Below, in pieces: positions 26,090 through 35,709 of a stretch of DNA of 64,000 nt. The position numbers were made by a program, and so were the translations under genes. The stretch covers positions 1-64,000 of IMG/VR virus record IMGVR_UViG_3300043571_000313; one strand, written 5' to 3'. Under the pieces are notes generated by a model. That model searched no databases, was not told the DNA's origin, and saw nothing but the letters and a program-made list of their open reading frames with translations. This DNA is from a virus. Every line of letters starts with the position of its first letter. Positions within the stretch are counted from its first letter, which is position 1.

Positions 26090-29000
26090 TTACGCCGCCA
26101 CCTCGATGACTGGCGCGAGGACCGGACGGTTGGCAATGATGAGCTGCTTGCGCAGTTCAATCCACTGCGACTCGCACTCCGACTCAGAGAGGACGTCGCC
26201 GTCCTCGGCCTTGAAGTTGACGATGTGCTCGGCAAGAACCTCGCTCGCGTCGAGGGTCTTGAAGTCCCGAGGCACCCGCTTCCCATGCAGGCACAGCGTC
26301 GCGGCATCCTGCTTCAGCGCGACCCGATCGAACAGCAGTTCCTCGATGGAGTTCTGATGCAGGACGCACCAGATCTTCACCGGCTTCGGCGAGGTCAGAC
26401 GCCACACTCGACCCTGTGCCTGGTTGAGCGTGCCATAGCTCCACTCGAGCGAGCCAACGATGAGGTTCGGGCATTGGTCGAAGCTGTGCCCTTGGGCGCA
26501 CTTGATGCCCATGAGCATGACCCGAGCGTCGCCCTTCTTGAAGCGGTTCGCCTCGGCCGCATGCAGGTCCGGCCGGACGGTGGAGTCGATGCGGGCAATC
26601 GGGATCTTGGCGTTCGCCAGGCGGGATGCCAGCTCCGACGACTGGCCGACGCGCGCCGACACCACCACGACCTGCTCGCCGCGCTTCAGGCAATCGCGCA
26701 CCAGCTGCAGGATGGTGATGGTCTTGTGATTGAAGTTGGATTTGCACATGTCCCTCGTGTAGTCGAGGGACGCTGGCGAGGCGCAGCACCCACGCAGCCG
26801 TGACGACTGGACGCGGGCAATGGTCAGCGCGCTCTTGAACTCGGTCAGGTAGTTGCGCCGCTCCAGCCAGAACTGATACAGCTTCGACTGCTCCTTGCCC
26901 ATGGCGACGCGGACGTCGATGACCTCGCACGGCTGCAGGTTCGGGTTGCAATCCTTCTTGCTGATGTAGGCGAGCGTGGGCTTGAGCAGCTTCAGCAGGC
27001 GGGCTGGCGAACTGATGACCGGCGAGTGCTTGGTCCCGGTGTTGCGCCAGCCGCGCTTGCCCCGGGCCTTCGCCTTCCACTGTGCAGTCAGATCCTCCTC
27101 GACGGAGAGGAATGTCGAGTTGAACCGGCCGATCTCGTCGACGGCGTAGGGCCAGGCCGCATTGCGCATCTTGCCCTTGTGCCAGTCTTTCACGCACAGC
27201 CATCCCATGAGGGAGAAGATATTCGAGATGACATTGGGGATCGGTGTCGCCGTGAGGGCGAAGCGATACTTGGGCTGCAGGCGGAACAGGTTCTTTGTTA
27301 CCTGCGCCTCTGCGTTACAGTAGAGGTGCGCCTCATCGCAGATGACCATGTCCCACGCATCGCCGTGGGTGGAGGCGACGATCGTGGCGAGCGACGGCAG
27401 GCCGATGCAGCGAATGCCGTGCTTGTTGCCCGCGCCGACGTTGCGGCAGAACTGCTCCTCGACCGGGCGCTTCTCGTCATACTTGAGGTTGAAGCGCTCG
27501 CAGAACTTCTTCTCCGCAACCCGATCCCAGCTTTCGGGAAGATGCTCGAAGCCACCGTTGCTGAAGTAGGCCTGCGGGTAGGTGATGTAGATGCCGGGCG
27601 GGAGTTCGCCGGCGTTGGCATGGAGGATGGCGTACCAATCCTCGGCGCTGAAGAGCTGGAAGACCGGCTCGCCGGGAGCGAAGCGCTGGATCTCGGACAC
27701 CCACTGCGATGCTTGATAGTCGATCTCCTCATCCTCCTCGGTGGAGCGCATCGTACCCTGCGGTGCGATCAGCAGCGTGCGCTTCGGAGACTTGAGGGCG
27801 ATGAGCGTCAGGGCGCCGAGCGACTTGCCGGTCCCCGTCTCGGCTGCGACCAGCCCGTAATCCTTGCACGCCATGCGAGCGTAGAAGTCCAGCTGGCCGG
27901 GGAAGTAGGTAAACCCAGCCATCATCTCATTGAACCGCATCGCGTTCTTGTTGCGCTCGAACTGATCGACCTCGACCTCGGCGATCGTCGGGACGAACGG
28001 CTTGTCGAAGAGAGTCCACAGCATGTCCTCGGGGTGCTGCCAGCTCATGCCTTCGGCCGGCCGATCCATGAACCGATGCACGCGGCGGTGATCGTCGGTC
28101 ACCTCGATGTAGCGATCCTCGCCGGACAGCCGGCACTCGTGATCCTCGATCTCCGTGGTGTCCTCGTCCTCGTCGTAGTAGATCTTCTTGCGGGTGAACT
28201 TCTCCGTGAAGGTGTAGGTCCCGGTGCGAATCTCGTACCGCTTCCCGACCGTGAGCTTGATGATGCCGGCCTCGTGCGCGGCCTTGCACTTCAGCGCCTC
28301 CTCCTCGTCGGCGTAGGCAACGAGCTCGAAGTCCGTGACCGGCATGATGGGACACGCCATCGAGGCGACCTCAGCCAGGGCGGCGGCGATAGCCTTGCGC
28401 GCCTCGGGCTGGATCGTGTAGATGCCGTCGTTGACGAACTGATGCAGCAGCTTCCGCGTCTCCTTCTCCGTGGTCAGCGTGAGCGGGTGGCACCCATTGA
28501 TGCGGTGCAGCCGGACGATCTCGTCGTCCTTGATCTTCACCTGTGCACGGGTGCTCAGGTAGGTGCGAAGCGCGCCGTCCTTGCCGAGGTAGATATTAAA
28601 CTTCGGCCGGTCGAGGTGTTCTTCCTTGATGATCTTGGACAGGTTATTCCAGTCGAGGTAAAGCGAGTAGTGCTCAGTGTAGGGTGAGTACCAGTACGGC
28701 TGGCCGGACACCTGATGCAGGTTGCTCTTGATCGTGCGTCCGTACTCGAAGAGCTGTTGCTGATCCGGCATGTGGTCCCACACCTTCTGATTGCGCGGCC
28801 GGCCGACGATGTTGCCGAAGTGCACGATGCCGAGCTCGACATCGCAGTTCTCCCAGATGCCACCGGCGGGGAACCGCTGGTAGAGGTACACCCACGGGTC
28901 ATCCTGAATGCCGAGCTTCTCAATCGTCTTGGCGTTGGAGATGAGGAAGCCGCAGCCGTTGTTCGCGAGCCGCTTCTTGATCATCTGCCACGTCCACTCG

Positions 29001-29461
29001 GTCGAGTCGATCGTCTCACCATTCGCCAGCTTCCAGCGGATAGCGAACGGCGGGTTCGACACGATGCACGGGAAGCGCAGGTTCGGGAAGATCTCATCCA
29101 TCACCTCGAAGGTGTGGACGCAGGACCCGGTGATGCGGTCGACGGGTTTGTCCCAGGTGTTGCGGCCGGTGAGCGAGGTGCGCGCCGCCTCATCCTCATC
29201 GGCGAAGCGCTTGTCGATCTCGGTGCCGTAGTATTGCTGCGCCGAGAGCGCGCGGATCAGGTTGCCGCCGGCGCACTGCGGATCGAAGACGGTGTTGAAG
29301 TTGCCGAACGGGAGCTGGGCCACGAGGCCTTGGGCAAGCCAAGGCGGTGTTTGATACTGCTGCTGGCCGCCCTGAAGCGCGTGCTTCGCGGAGACGGCTG
29401 CGTCGATGACTTCCTGGATGTTTTCGTTTTCGATCCCGGAGCGTGCGTCGGTGATGTTCAT
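26090..29461 (-). CDS. N6-adenine methyltransferase fused to an SNF2-family helicase (DarB-like)
   Basis: YQTP, FDPQCAGGNL (motif I), SNPPF (motif IV); helicase motifs AETGTGKS, DEAH, LTATP, QAQGRVWR. Confidence 0.85.
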   Translation of the reverse strand: MNITDARSGIENENIQEVIDAAVSAKHALQGGQQQYQTPPWLAQGLVAQLPFGNFNTVFDPQCAGGNLIRALSAQQYYGTEIDKRFADEDEAARTSLTGRNTWDKPVDRITGSCVHTFEVMDEIFPNLRFPCIVSNPPFAIRWKLANGETIDSTEWTWQMIKKRLANNGCGFLISNAKTIEKLGIQDDPWVYLYQRFPAGGIWENCDVELGIVHFGNIVGRPRNQKVWDHMPDQQQLFEYGRTIKSNLHQVSGQPYWYSPYTEHYSLYLDWNNLSKIIKEEHLDRPKFNIYLGKDGALRTYLSTRAQVKIKDDEIVRLHRINGCHPLTLTTEKETRKLLHQFVNDGIYTIQPEARKAIAAALAEVASMACPIMPVTDFELVAYADEEEALKCKAAHEAGIIKLTVGKRYEIRTGTYTFTEKFTRKKIYYDEDEDTTEIEDHECRLSGEDRYIEVTDDHRRVHRFMDRPAEGMSWQHPEDMLWTLFDKPFVPTIAEVEVDQFERNKNAMRFNEMMAGFTYFPGQLDFYARMACKDYGLVAAETGTGKSLGALTLIALKSPKRTLLIAPQGTMRSTEEDEEIDYQASQWVSEIQRFAPGEPVFQLFSAEDWYAILHANAGELPPGIYITYPQAYFSNGGFEHLPESWDRVAEKKFCERFNLKYDEKRPVEEQFCRNVGAGNKHGIRCIGLPSLATIVASTHGDAWDMVICDEAHLYCNAEAQVTKNLFRLQPKYRFALTATPIPNVISNIFSLMGWLCVKDWHKGKMRNAAWPYAVDEIGRFNSTFLSVEEDLTAQWKAKARGKRGWRNTGTKHSPVISSPARLLKLLKPTLAYISKKDCNPNLQPCEVIDVRVAMGKEQSKLYQFWLERRNYLTEFKSALTIARVQSSRLRGCCASPASLDYTRDMCKSNFNHKTITILQLVRDCLKRGEQVVVVSARVGQSSELASRLANAKIPIARIDSTVRPDLHAAEANRFKKGDARVMLMGIKCAQGHSFDQCPNLIVGSLEWSYGTLNQAQGRVWRLTSPKPVKIWCVLHQNSIEELLFDRVALKQDAATLCLHGKRVPRDFKTLDASEVLAEHIVNFKAEDGDVLSESECESQWIELRKQLIIANRPVLAPVIEVAA

Positions 29462-29475
29462 GGAGTGAAAGAGGT

Positions 29476-29507
29476 GGCAGCCCCACGCTCACTCTCGTGG
29501 GGCTGCC
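29476..29507. terminator. GC-rich hairpin (possible terminator or RNA processing site)
   Basis: GGCAGCCCCACG-ctcactct-CGTGGGGCTGCC perfect 12-bp stem between genes; only a weak U-tract on the minus strand. Confidence 0.45.
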
Positions 29508-29562
29508 GGTTCTCATGTCTGCGCACTGCGCAGAAATTGTTACTGTTTAGTTGAGGTTACAT

Positions 29563-30918
29563 TCAAGACATTTCCGCTCGGCAATTACCGGCTGCGAAGG
29601 CGGACCAGCGGGTCACGGAGCAAATGATCTGACTGAAGCTGGATACTTCCACGCCCTGCCCCATCGCCTCGCCTGCGGTTGTCTTCGATTCGCCGAGGTC
29701 GTATCCATCCGGCAATGCCATGATGAGCTTGACCTCCGTGATCGTAAGCCAGCGATACCTGTCGGAATCATTCGGGTGCACGACGACAGGGTTGTCGCCC
29801 TGCCCTGCGAAGTACCTCTTCTTGATCGTGCCGATGGTGCGGTCAGTGTAGTGGATAAGCTGAGACGCGAAGCCGTTGCCCTTTGTCGTCTGCTTTTGCC
29901 AGTGGTCGAAGAGCCAGCGCTTCGTCGGCGTCTTGCGATCAAACCACTCGCATGCGGGATCATCCGGCTTGAGCAGGTAGTCCGACAGGCAGGCGGCGCT
30001 GGTCTGCGGCTCGGGCCAGCGAACCGAATCGAACGACGTCGCCACCATGACAGCGCGCTTGCGCTGGGTGATGGCGCCATAGTCGGTTGCGTTGATGACC
30101 TTCCAGTCGACGACGTACCCCATCCGGCGCAGCGCATGCCGTGCGATCCAGCCTGCGCCAGAGTCGAGCCACGCCGGAACCTCCTCGATGACGACCGTGT
30201 GCGGATTGAAGACATCCACTGCACGCAGCGTCCAGAAGGTCATGTCCCCCAGCTCGTGCGCCTCGGGCACGAGGGTCTTGTCGACCTTCGTGTTCGTGCC
30301 ATCGTTCCGCCGGATCTTCGAGAACGGCTCGCATGGGATGCCGGCATGGAGGAGGCCCACCGGCCCGATCATCCTCGCAGCATCCTCAATGCGGGCATCG
30401 GCGATGTCGGAGTTCATCATGTGCCCGCCGTGGTTGGCGTCATGGATGTTCGCGTAGTCCGTATTCCATTCGACCGCCGCCCTCGTCTCGAAGCCCGCAG
30501 CCTTGGCGGCCTGACTGAGCAGGCCGGCTCCGACAAACAGGCCGACGGCGACAGATGTGGCGACGCGCGCCGCCACATTGGCGAGCGTGCGGGCCGGCGT
30601 TATGGTGATCGTGTGCATCGTCATCCTCACGGCGATGCGCTCGGTGTTGGGGAACACCTTGGCGAGATCCGCCGTGCTGATGTCGATGATCGGGTGCGCG
30701 CCGTCGCCGCGATCCCGGCCGGACACAGTGCGGTCCTGGGCGACGGCATTGCCGAACGCCTCGAGGGTGACCTTGCCCACCTCGAAACGTGCGGAGAACT
30801 TCGTGCCTGGGAGGAAGCCGGCCTCGCCGAGGCGCTTGCCTTCGATCCAAACGCGGGGCTTGCCGCGAGACTGACCGAGCTTCAGCTCGGTGTCATACTG
30901 GAAGGGTTGGTTTGTCAT
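29563..30918 (-). CDS. C5-cytosine DNA methyltransferase with an N-terminal AbrB/SymE-like domain
   Basis: LFVGAG (I), GIPCEPFS (IV), EEV (VI variant), DYGAITQRKR (VIII), RWLTITE (IX), MGQGV (X). Confidence 0.85.
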   Translation of the reverse strand: MTNQPFQYDTELKLGQSRGKPRVWIEGKRLGEAGFLPGTKFSARFEVGKVTLEAFGNAVAQDRTVSGRDRGDGAHPIIDISTADLAKVFPNTERIAVRMTMHTITITPARTLANVAARVATSVAVGLFVGAGLLSQAAKAAGFETRAAVEWNTDYANIHDANHGGHMMNSDIADARIEDAARMIGPVGLLHAGIPCEPFSKIRRNDGTNTKVDKTLVPEAHELGDMTFWTLRAVDVFNPHTVVIEEVPAWLDSGAGWIARHALRRMGYVVDWKVINATDYGAITQRKRAVMVATSFDSVRWPEPQTSAACLSDYLLKPDDPACEWFDRKTPTKRWLFDHWQKQTTKGNGFASQLIHYTDRTIGTIKKRYFAGQGDNPVVVHPNDSDRYRWLTITEVKLIMALPDGYDLGESKTTAGEAMGQGVEVSSFSQIICSVTRWSAFAAGNCRAEMS

Positions 30919-30924
30919 GATGGG

Positions 30925-31572
30925 TCACTTCTTCAGCACGTCGGCGATCGACGTGAGCACGGTGGCGAGTTCCTGACGCACGATGCGGCGGACGTCCGCC
31001 TCGGTAATACCCTTCGCCTTGGGTTGGGCAGCCAGCTTGCGCAGCTGGGCGGTGATGATGGACATGGGATCGCTGGACTCCGACTCGTCTTCGTCATTCG
31101 CCTCGTCGAGGACCGTGGCGCCAGGGTTCGGGCCGCCGGGAATGGCGTGCGTTTCGATGGCGGCGGGAGGGAAGTCCACCAACACTTCCGGCGCTGGCGT
31201 CGGAGCGACAGGCTTGGGTGCGGCGGGCCTTGGGGCGGCGGGCTCGAGGACACGGGGCGCAGCGGGGCGAGGCGCCGGGGTGGCAGCGGCCGGCGTCGTT
31301 GCGGCCTGCCCCTTCGGGATGACCGGCAGCTTCCCCCAGTCGAGCCCCTTCGCGATCTCGGTGAGCTCGTCGACGAGGGCGATGCGATCCTCGAATGGGA
31401 CGGTCGCGTCGTTGATATAGTCGGCCAGCTTCTTGCCGGTCTTGTTCACGACGAACAGCGTGATGCGCTGCATGACATCGGTTTCACGGTGCGGCTGGAG
31501 CTGCCGGAAGAGCGCCGCATTGCGGGCGTTCAGGTCAGACTGCGTGACGGGTGTGGCGGTGGCGGTGGACAT
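30925..31572 (-). CDS. hypothetical protein with Pro/Ala-rich linker
   Basis: 215-aa ORF in the minus-strand operon. Confidence 0.6.
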   Translation of the reverse strand: MSTATATPVTQSDLNARNAALFRQLQPHRETDVMQRITLFVVNKTGKKLADYINDATVPFEDRIALVDELTEIAKGLDWGKLPVIPKGQAATTPAAATPAPRPAAPRVLEPAAPRPAAPKPVAPTPAPEVLVDFPPAAIETHAIPGGPNPGATVLDEANDEDESESSDPMSIITAQLRKLAAQPKAKGITEADVRRIVRQELATVLTSIADVLKK

Positions 31573-31615
31573 GATGCTTATGGATATGAGTTACAGTTGC
31601 GGACGGAGAGGAATG

Positions 31616-31969
31616 TCAGAGGCCGAGAGAACGAAGCTGATCGGCCGGGTCTTCGGCGGGAGTGATGCGGTGGTGGTTTAGATTTTTTTTGCGCTTCGCG
31701 TGCATGGGTTTCAGGCAGCTGTTTCCCCAGCTGCCCTTGGTGGTGCCGTCGGGCATGGTGTGTCCGTCCGGGCAGAAGCGGAAGCCGAGGTCCTTGAGGT
31801 GCTGGCGCAGCGGAATGTTGTCGTTGCCCGACAAGGCAGGTCCGCAGTACCAGATCCAGTCCCGGTCCATGAAGCAGTGATCGACCAGGGACGGCGCGCG
31901 CTCGCTGAGTTCTTGCATCACCTCGTCAGCGGAGCGCAGCTGACGGATGGGATTGTTGAGTTTGACCAT
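31616..31969 (-). CDS. hypothetical protein
   Basis: 117 aa with WIW...LKDLGFRF motif; in operon. Confidence 0.6.
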   Translation of the reverse strand: MVKLNNPIRQLRSADEVMQELSERAPSLVDHCFMDRDWIWYCGPALSGNDNIPLRQHLKDLGFRFCPDGHTMPDGTTKGSWGNSCLKPMHAKRKKNLNHHRITPAEDPADQLRSLGL

Positions 31970-31978
31970 GAGAAAATA

Positions 31979-33022
31979 TTATTGACTGCTCTTGCCTCGG
32001 ATCTCGCCGAGAGTCTTCGGCGTCCAGTGGAAATCCAACTCGCCGTTGTTCGCGATGATCTCGGTGATGCTGATGTAACCCAACTCGCCACCGTCGCCGA
32101 AGAGGTCGGCAAGTCCGAATGCCTGGTCCTGCTGCGCCAGCATGTCCTTCTCCGTGATGTACCAGTTGGCCGATCCGCCGGCGAAGTAGTGGAGGTGAGC
32201 GACGGCGGCGTCGCCCTGCCGGTCCGTCTCGCCTGTCTTCGGCATGCCGCTGACCACTGCGGCGAGCTCAATCATCTTGTCGAAGAAGAACTCGCGCTCC
32301 TCGCCGCGCATCGCATCGCGCACAGTCAGGAGTTGGGCGCCTCCGATGAAACCCTTCAAGAGCTTGAGCGCATCGAATGCGTTTGCCGACTTGTCCGGCG
32401 GCGAAGTCGGCGGCGCTGCGCTGAGTCCATCCCTGAGCGCAGCCACCACCAGCTTCGCCTTGTCCATCGGCAGCCGCAGGAACTCGAGATCGGGCAGCAC
32501 GCCGACGAGCAGCGCCGTGGGCACGAGCTCGGGGCGGGTGATGGACTGCGCCACCGTCTCTGCCCACAGCTCAACGAGCTTGGTCTTGTAGTCGCGATCG
32601 GGATGCGGGTGCCATGTGATGATGACCTCCTGATGCTCGCGCAGCAGGCCGGCATGACGGGAGGAGAACTGGCCGTGCGGTGTCGGCGTGATCTTTCCTT
32701 CGACGGACATCACGAAGTCGGCGGCGTGCCCGACCTCATGCCAGATGATGCGCATGACGCCAGGGCTGTTGGCATCCATGTCCAGCGGGACGACGACGCG
32801 CGGCGGTCTGTGGGAGAACAGGCCGGCCACGCCGACCGGGATGTCGCAGCCCTGGGCCTGGATGATTGGGATGCCGTAGGCCTTGAGCCAGTCGAAGGGC
32901 GCGGCGATGGCGCCCGTGGCTTGGATGATGGCGCCGCCGATGCGGCCGCCCGCCTTGCCGATCTGATCGGTCGGGTCGGGCACGTTGGCGAAGAGTTCGC
33001 AGAGGAGTTCGGTTCCGTTCAT
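31979..33022 (-). CDS. zincin-like metallopeptidase domain fused to a DUF2958-like domain
   Basis: WHEVGHAAD...ELWAE; C-terminal HYF.GGSANWYITE...AFGLADL...ELGYISITEI...ELDFHW.PKTL. Confidence 0.7.
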   Translation of the reverse strand: MNGTELLCELFANVPDPTDQIGKAGGRIGGAIIQATGAIAAPFDWLKAYGIPIIQAQGCDIPVGVAGLFSHRPPRVVVPLDMDANSPGVMRIIWHEVGHAADFVMSVEGKITPTPHGQFSSRHAGLLREHQEVIITWHPHPDRDYKTKLVELWAETVAQSITRPELVPTALLVGVLPDLEFLRLPMDKAKLVVAALRDGLSAAPPTSPPDKSANAFDALKLLKGFIGGAQLLTVRDAMRGEEREFFFDKMIELAAVVSGMPKTGETDRQGDAAVAHLHYFAGGSANWYITEKDMLAQQDQAFGLADLFGDGGELGYISITEIIANNGELDFHWTPKTLGEIRGKSSQ

Positions 33023-33031
33023 GATTTTGGG

Positions 33032-33235
33032 TTAGTCTCGGACGATTCGGGGTAAGTCTTTGTCTCTCGGGAATTCTTCCGGGCCTTCGCTGACCCACCC
33101 GATCCCGACCCACTGCTTGACGATGCCGTCATCGACGATCTTCGTGAAGCGCTTCTCATTGCCGGCGACCATGGCAACACTGGAGCACTCTCTTGCGTGG
33201 ATGGTTTTGGATGTGGATGTGGGTTTTCTTTTCAT
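33032..33235 (-). CDS. small hypothetical protein
   Basis: ATG 33235 (MKRKPTST...KQWVGIGWV), coupled to the upstream stop, with GGAGG RBS. Confidence 0.6.
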   Translation of the reverse strand: MKRKPTSTSKTIHARECSSVAMVAGNEKRFTKIVDDGIVKQWVGIGWVSEGPEEFPRDKDLPRIVRD

Positions 33236-34206
33236 GCGGCCTCCTTTGATTGGGCGATGATGCGATTGATCCAGTCCTGCCAGTCGGTGATGCCGGCAGC
33301 AGTGAAGTCGTCGCGTTTGATGTAGCTGGTCGGGGTGAGTGCGATGAGTCGGTCGATCTGCTCGGCGGGAAGCAGTCCCTTCTCCCTGATGTAGTCCGTC
33401 ATGGCACCGGGCTTGGGTGTCGCACCGCGCATGCCCTTCACGCGCCGACGCCAGAGTCCTTCGATCAGCGGCACACCCTCGCCTCTCGGCCAGCTGCGTT
33501 CTTCTGCCTTGTCGAGGTGGCGCTGGCGGGTGCGCGCCTCTATGATGACGATGCCGGCGAGCTGACGCTCGGGCAATTCGTCCACCTCCCATGGCTTCAT
33601 CGCCGGGCAGAAGTAACAGGATGACTTCGGCGGGACGATGAGTCCGGCCGCATCGATCTCGGTGATGCAGCGGGCCAGGTTCCAGCCCCACTCCTGCAGC
33701 GGGAAGACCAGCTTGACCAGGCTCGCGTCCTCCTCTTGCACGGCGAACGTGCTGCATCGCTTAGTGCGGCGGTGCTCATGCGGCGAGTCCTCGAAGCCAA
33801 CGGCCTTGGTCACCAGTTCGCCCGCCGCCCATGCGTCAATGGCTGGCTGCCACGACGCAATGAACTTGGCCTGCGGTGCGATCTTCCACTTCTGCGAGCA
33901 GCTGTGCCCACCGTAGGCGAGGGACGGGAGCGTCACGTTGGTCAGGCAGTTCTCCTCGATGGTGTAGTAGTGCGGCCAGTGCTTGTAGTTCTGCGGTTCG
34001 TACCGCACGACGGTGACTTGTGGGAAGCCGACGAACTCCAGCCACTCATTGATGATGGCGAGGTAGGCGTAGGTCTTCTGCCGTTCGGCTCCGACGTCGG
34101 CGAAGATGATGAGGTCAGGCCGGATGCCACGCTGCCAGTATCCGACGAGCATGGCGGTGCTGTCCCGGCCCATGCCGTAACACACAACGAGAGGTGACTT
34201 TGCCAT
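33232..34206 (-). CDS. PAPS reductase-like (PP-loop) protein
   Basis: Start 34206: VVCYGMGRDSTAM, IIFADVGAE, CSQKWKI, FPL.EWG, KSSCYFCP. Confidence 0.8.
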   Translation of the reverse strand: MAKSPLVVCYGMGRDSTAMLVGYWQRGIRPDLIIFADVGAERQKTYAYLAIINEWLEFVGFPQVTVVRYEPQNYKHWPHYYTIEENCLTNVTLPSLAYGGHSCSQKWKIAPQAKFIASWQPAIDAWAAGELVTKAVGFEDSPHEHRRTKRCSTFAVQEEDASLVKLVFPLQEWGWNLARCITEIDAAGLIVPPKSSCYFCPAMKPWEVDELPERQLAGIVIIEARTRQRHLDKAEERSWPRGEGVPLIEGLWRRRVKGMRGATPKPGAMTDYIREKGLLPAEQIDRLIALTPTSYIKRDDFTAAGITDWQDWINRIIAQSKEAA

Positions 34207-34508
34207 TAGATTATTGTGATCCCGGGTAGATTGCCCTGTTCGCACAGGACGCCATGGATCATACAGCCCATGGGGGGTGCGGTTTGGGCCAGCATAATCA
34301 GGGTTAGTGGCATGCCCATGGCGGCGAAACTTTTTGCCATGTCGTCGTCCAACTCTTCCTTGAGCTGCGCCCACTTCACCGGGCCGAGCAGCACGCGCTG
34401 CGGCTTCATGCCGATCACCTTCGCAAGGTCGATGGCGTAGGCGATGCGGCTGATGATGGTCGTGCCGGGCATTACCGGGCGGACGGTGGCGACGGGCCAG
34501 GAGCTCAT
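34206..34508 (-). CDS. hypothetical protein
   Basis: Overlap-coupled ORF in the operon. Confidence 0.5.
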   Translation of the reverse strand: MSSWPVATVRPVMPGTTIISRIAYAIDLAKVIGMKPQRVLLGPVKWAQLKEELDDDMAKSFAAMGMPLTLIMLAQTAPPMGCMIHGVLCEQGNLPGITII

Positions 34509-35035
34509 GGCGCACCGCCTTTCAGTGCCCGCACGACGGACGCCAGCATAACCTTCTGCATCTCGGGGTCTTTGAGGTAGAGGCCCATTTCCAGCTGAAC
34601 CCGGATCTTGCGCAGAGTGTCACGCATCACTGGCGCAGCAGCGACGAGGTGCGCACGTTCCGGCGGGCCGTCGCGCATGACGCAGATGATCTCGCCTTTC
34701 AGTAGCCACCAATTCCCCTTGTCGGTGTCGGACACAAGGATCTCGGCGTCGTTGGTGACGATGTAGCGGTGGTCGTGGAACGTGTGCTTTCCTCCGTGCT
34801 CGGGGCATGGCATCACCTTCCATCTGCCGATCTCCTCTTGAACAGGAAGCGGCTCGATGATGTCCGTCGTCGTGCCGTACTTATACAGCGTGAGCACAGC
34901 CTCGGCGGGGCAGTAGCCATGCGAGTCGGCCGGCTCACCCTCGTCACGGTGCGGGCCTTCGAGGACGACGGCCATGGTGATGCGGTCCTTGTTGGCGATC
35001 TCGGTCGCCTGCTTGATGGCTTCAGTGCGTGTCAT
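34505..35035 (-). CDS. hypothetical protein
   Basis: 176 aa with common phage AHLVAAAP motif; ATGA-coupled. Confidence 0.6.
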   Translation of the reverse strand: MTRTEAIKQATEIANKDRITMAVVLEGPHRDEGEPADSHGYCPAEAVLTLYKYGTTTDIIEPLPVQEEIGRWKVMPCPEHGGKHTFHDHRYIVTNDAEILVSDTDKGNWWLLKGEIICVMRDGPPERAHLVAAAPVMRDTLRKIRVQLEMGLYLKDPEMQKVMLASVVRALKGGAP

Positions 35036-35631
35036 GTGGCAACATCTTCCTTTCGTTTGTCGTCGAGCACCTTCGCGCCAGCGGCCTCGGCCTGCTCACG
35101 GGTGAAGGGTCCGTCGAAGATCAGGTACGATTTGCTCTCGAGCAGGAGTGCCCGGTCTCGGGCCAGCGTGACGGCGCGGGTGTGCCAGAGCTCGCCGTGC
35201 GTGCTTGCCCCAGCGGTACGAAACTTATCCTTGTTCGCAGCGTAGAAGGCGTCGCACCGATCTCGGATCGGCTTGGCTTCCGGCTTCGCCAGCCATGCGT
35301 CCACGCCTTTCATGTAGGAGGGTGGGTTCATCGCCTGACGCACGGCGCTGAACAACTCGTCGTCGGAGAACAGATCCGGGAAGGCGATGGCGACCAGCAC
35401 CCAGTCGCAGTCCTCCTCGTACCAGCCCGGCCCCGCCCAGGTGCCGAGCGCATCGAGCGGCTTCGGCATGCGGGCCAGCGCCTCATCGCTGATGTGGAAG
35501 CCGCCATGCGAAGCGGTGGTATAGAACGTGACGCCGGGTCCGTACTCGGTGGCGGATTGCGCCGGACCCCATGGTGTCTCGGGTGCGGGCGGATGGCTGT
35601 GCCCTGAGAAGGGCGTGGTTGTGCGGTTCAT
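35032..35631 (-). CDS. DUF7007-like protein
   Basis: TPWG.AQ....GPGV..Y.TASHGGF..S...WYEEDCDW motif. Confidence 0.65.
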   Translation of the reverse strand: MNRTTTPFSGHSHPPAPETPWGPAQSATEYGPGVTFYTTASHGGFHISDEALARMPKPLDALGTWAGPGWYEEDCDWVLVAIAFPDLFSDDELFSAVRQAMNPPSYMKGVDAWLAKPEAKPIRDRCDAFYAANKDKFRTAGASTHGELWHTRAVTLARDRALLLESKSYLIFDGPFTREQAEAAGAKVLDDKRKEDVAT

Positions 35632-35658
35632 GTGAGTTGTTGCTTCATAATGTGGGTA

Positions 35659-35679
35659 ACATTTTAGAATCTAAAATGT
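35659..35679. promoter_or_regulatory. perfect palindrome ACATTTTAGA-A-TCTAAAATGT, operator-like
   Basis: In an AT-rich intergenic gap upstream of the minus-strand operon starting at 35631. Confidence 0.65.
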
Positions 35680-35709
35680 CGAGTGGAAATCAGGCGTTTG
35701 GCGGTTATG

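Noticed and set aside
27026-33055. Long plus-strand ORFs (27026-28687, 29551-31665, 31700-33055)
   Set aside because: Antisense shadows of GC3-rich minus-strand genes that carry clear motifs; no motifs of their own.
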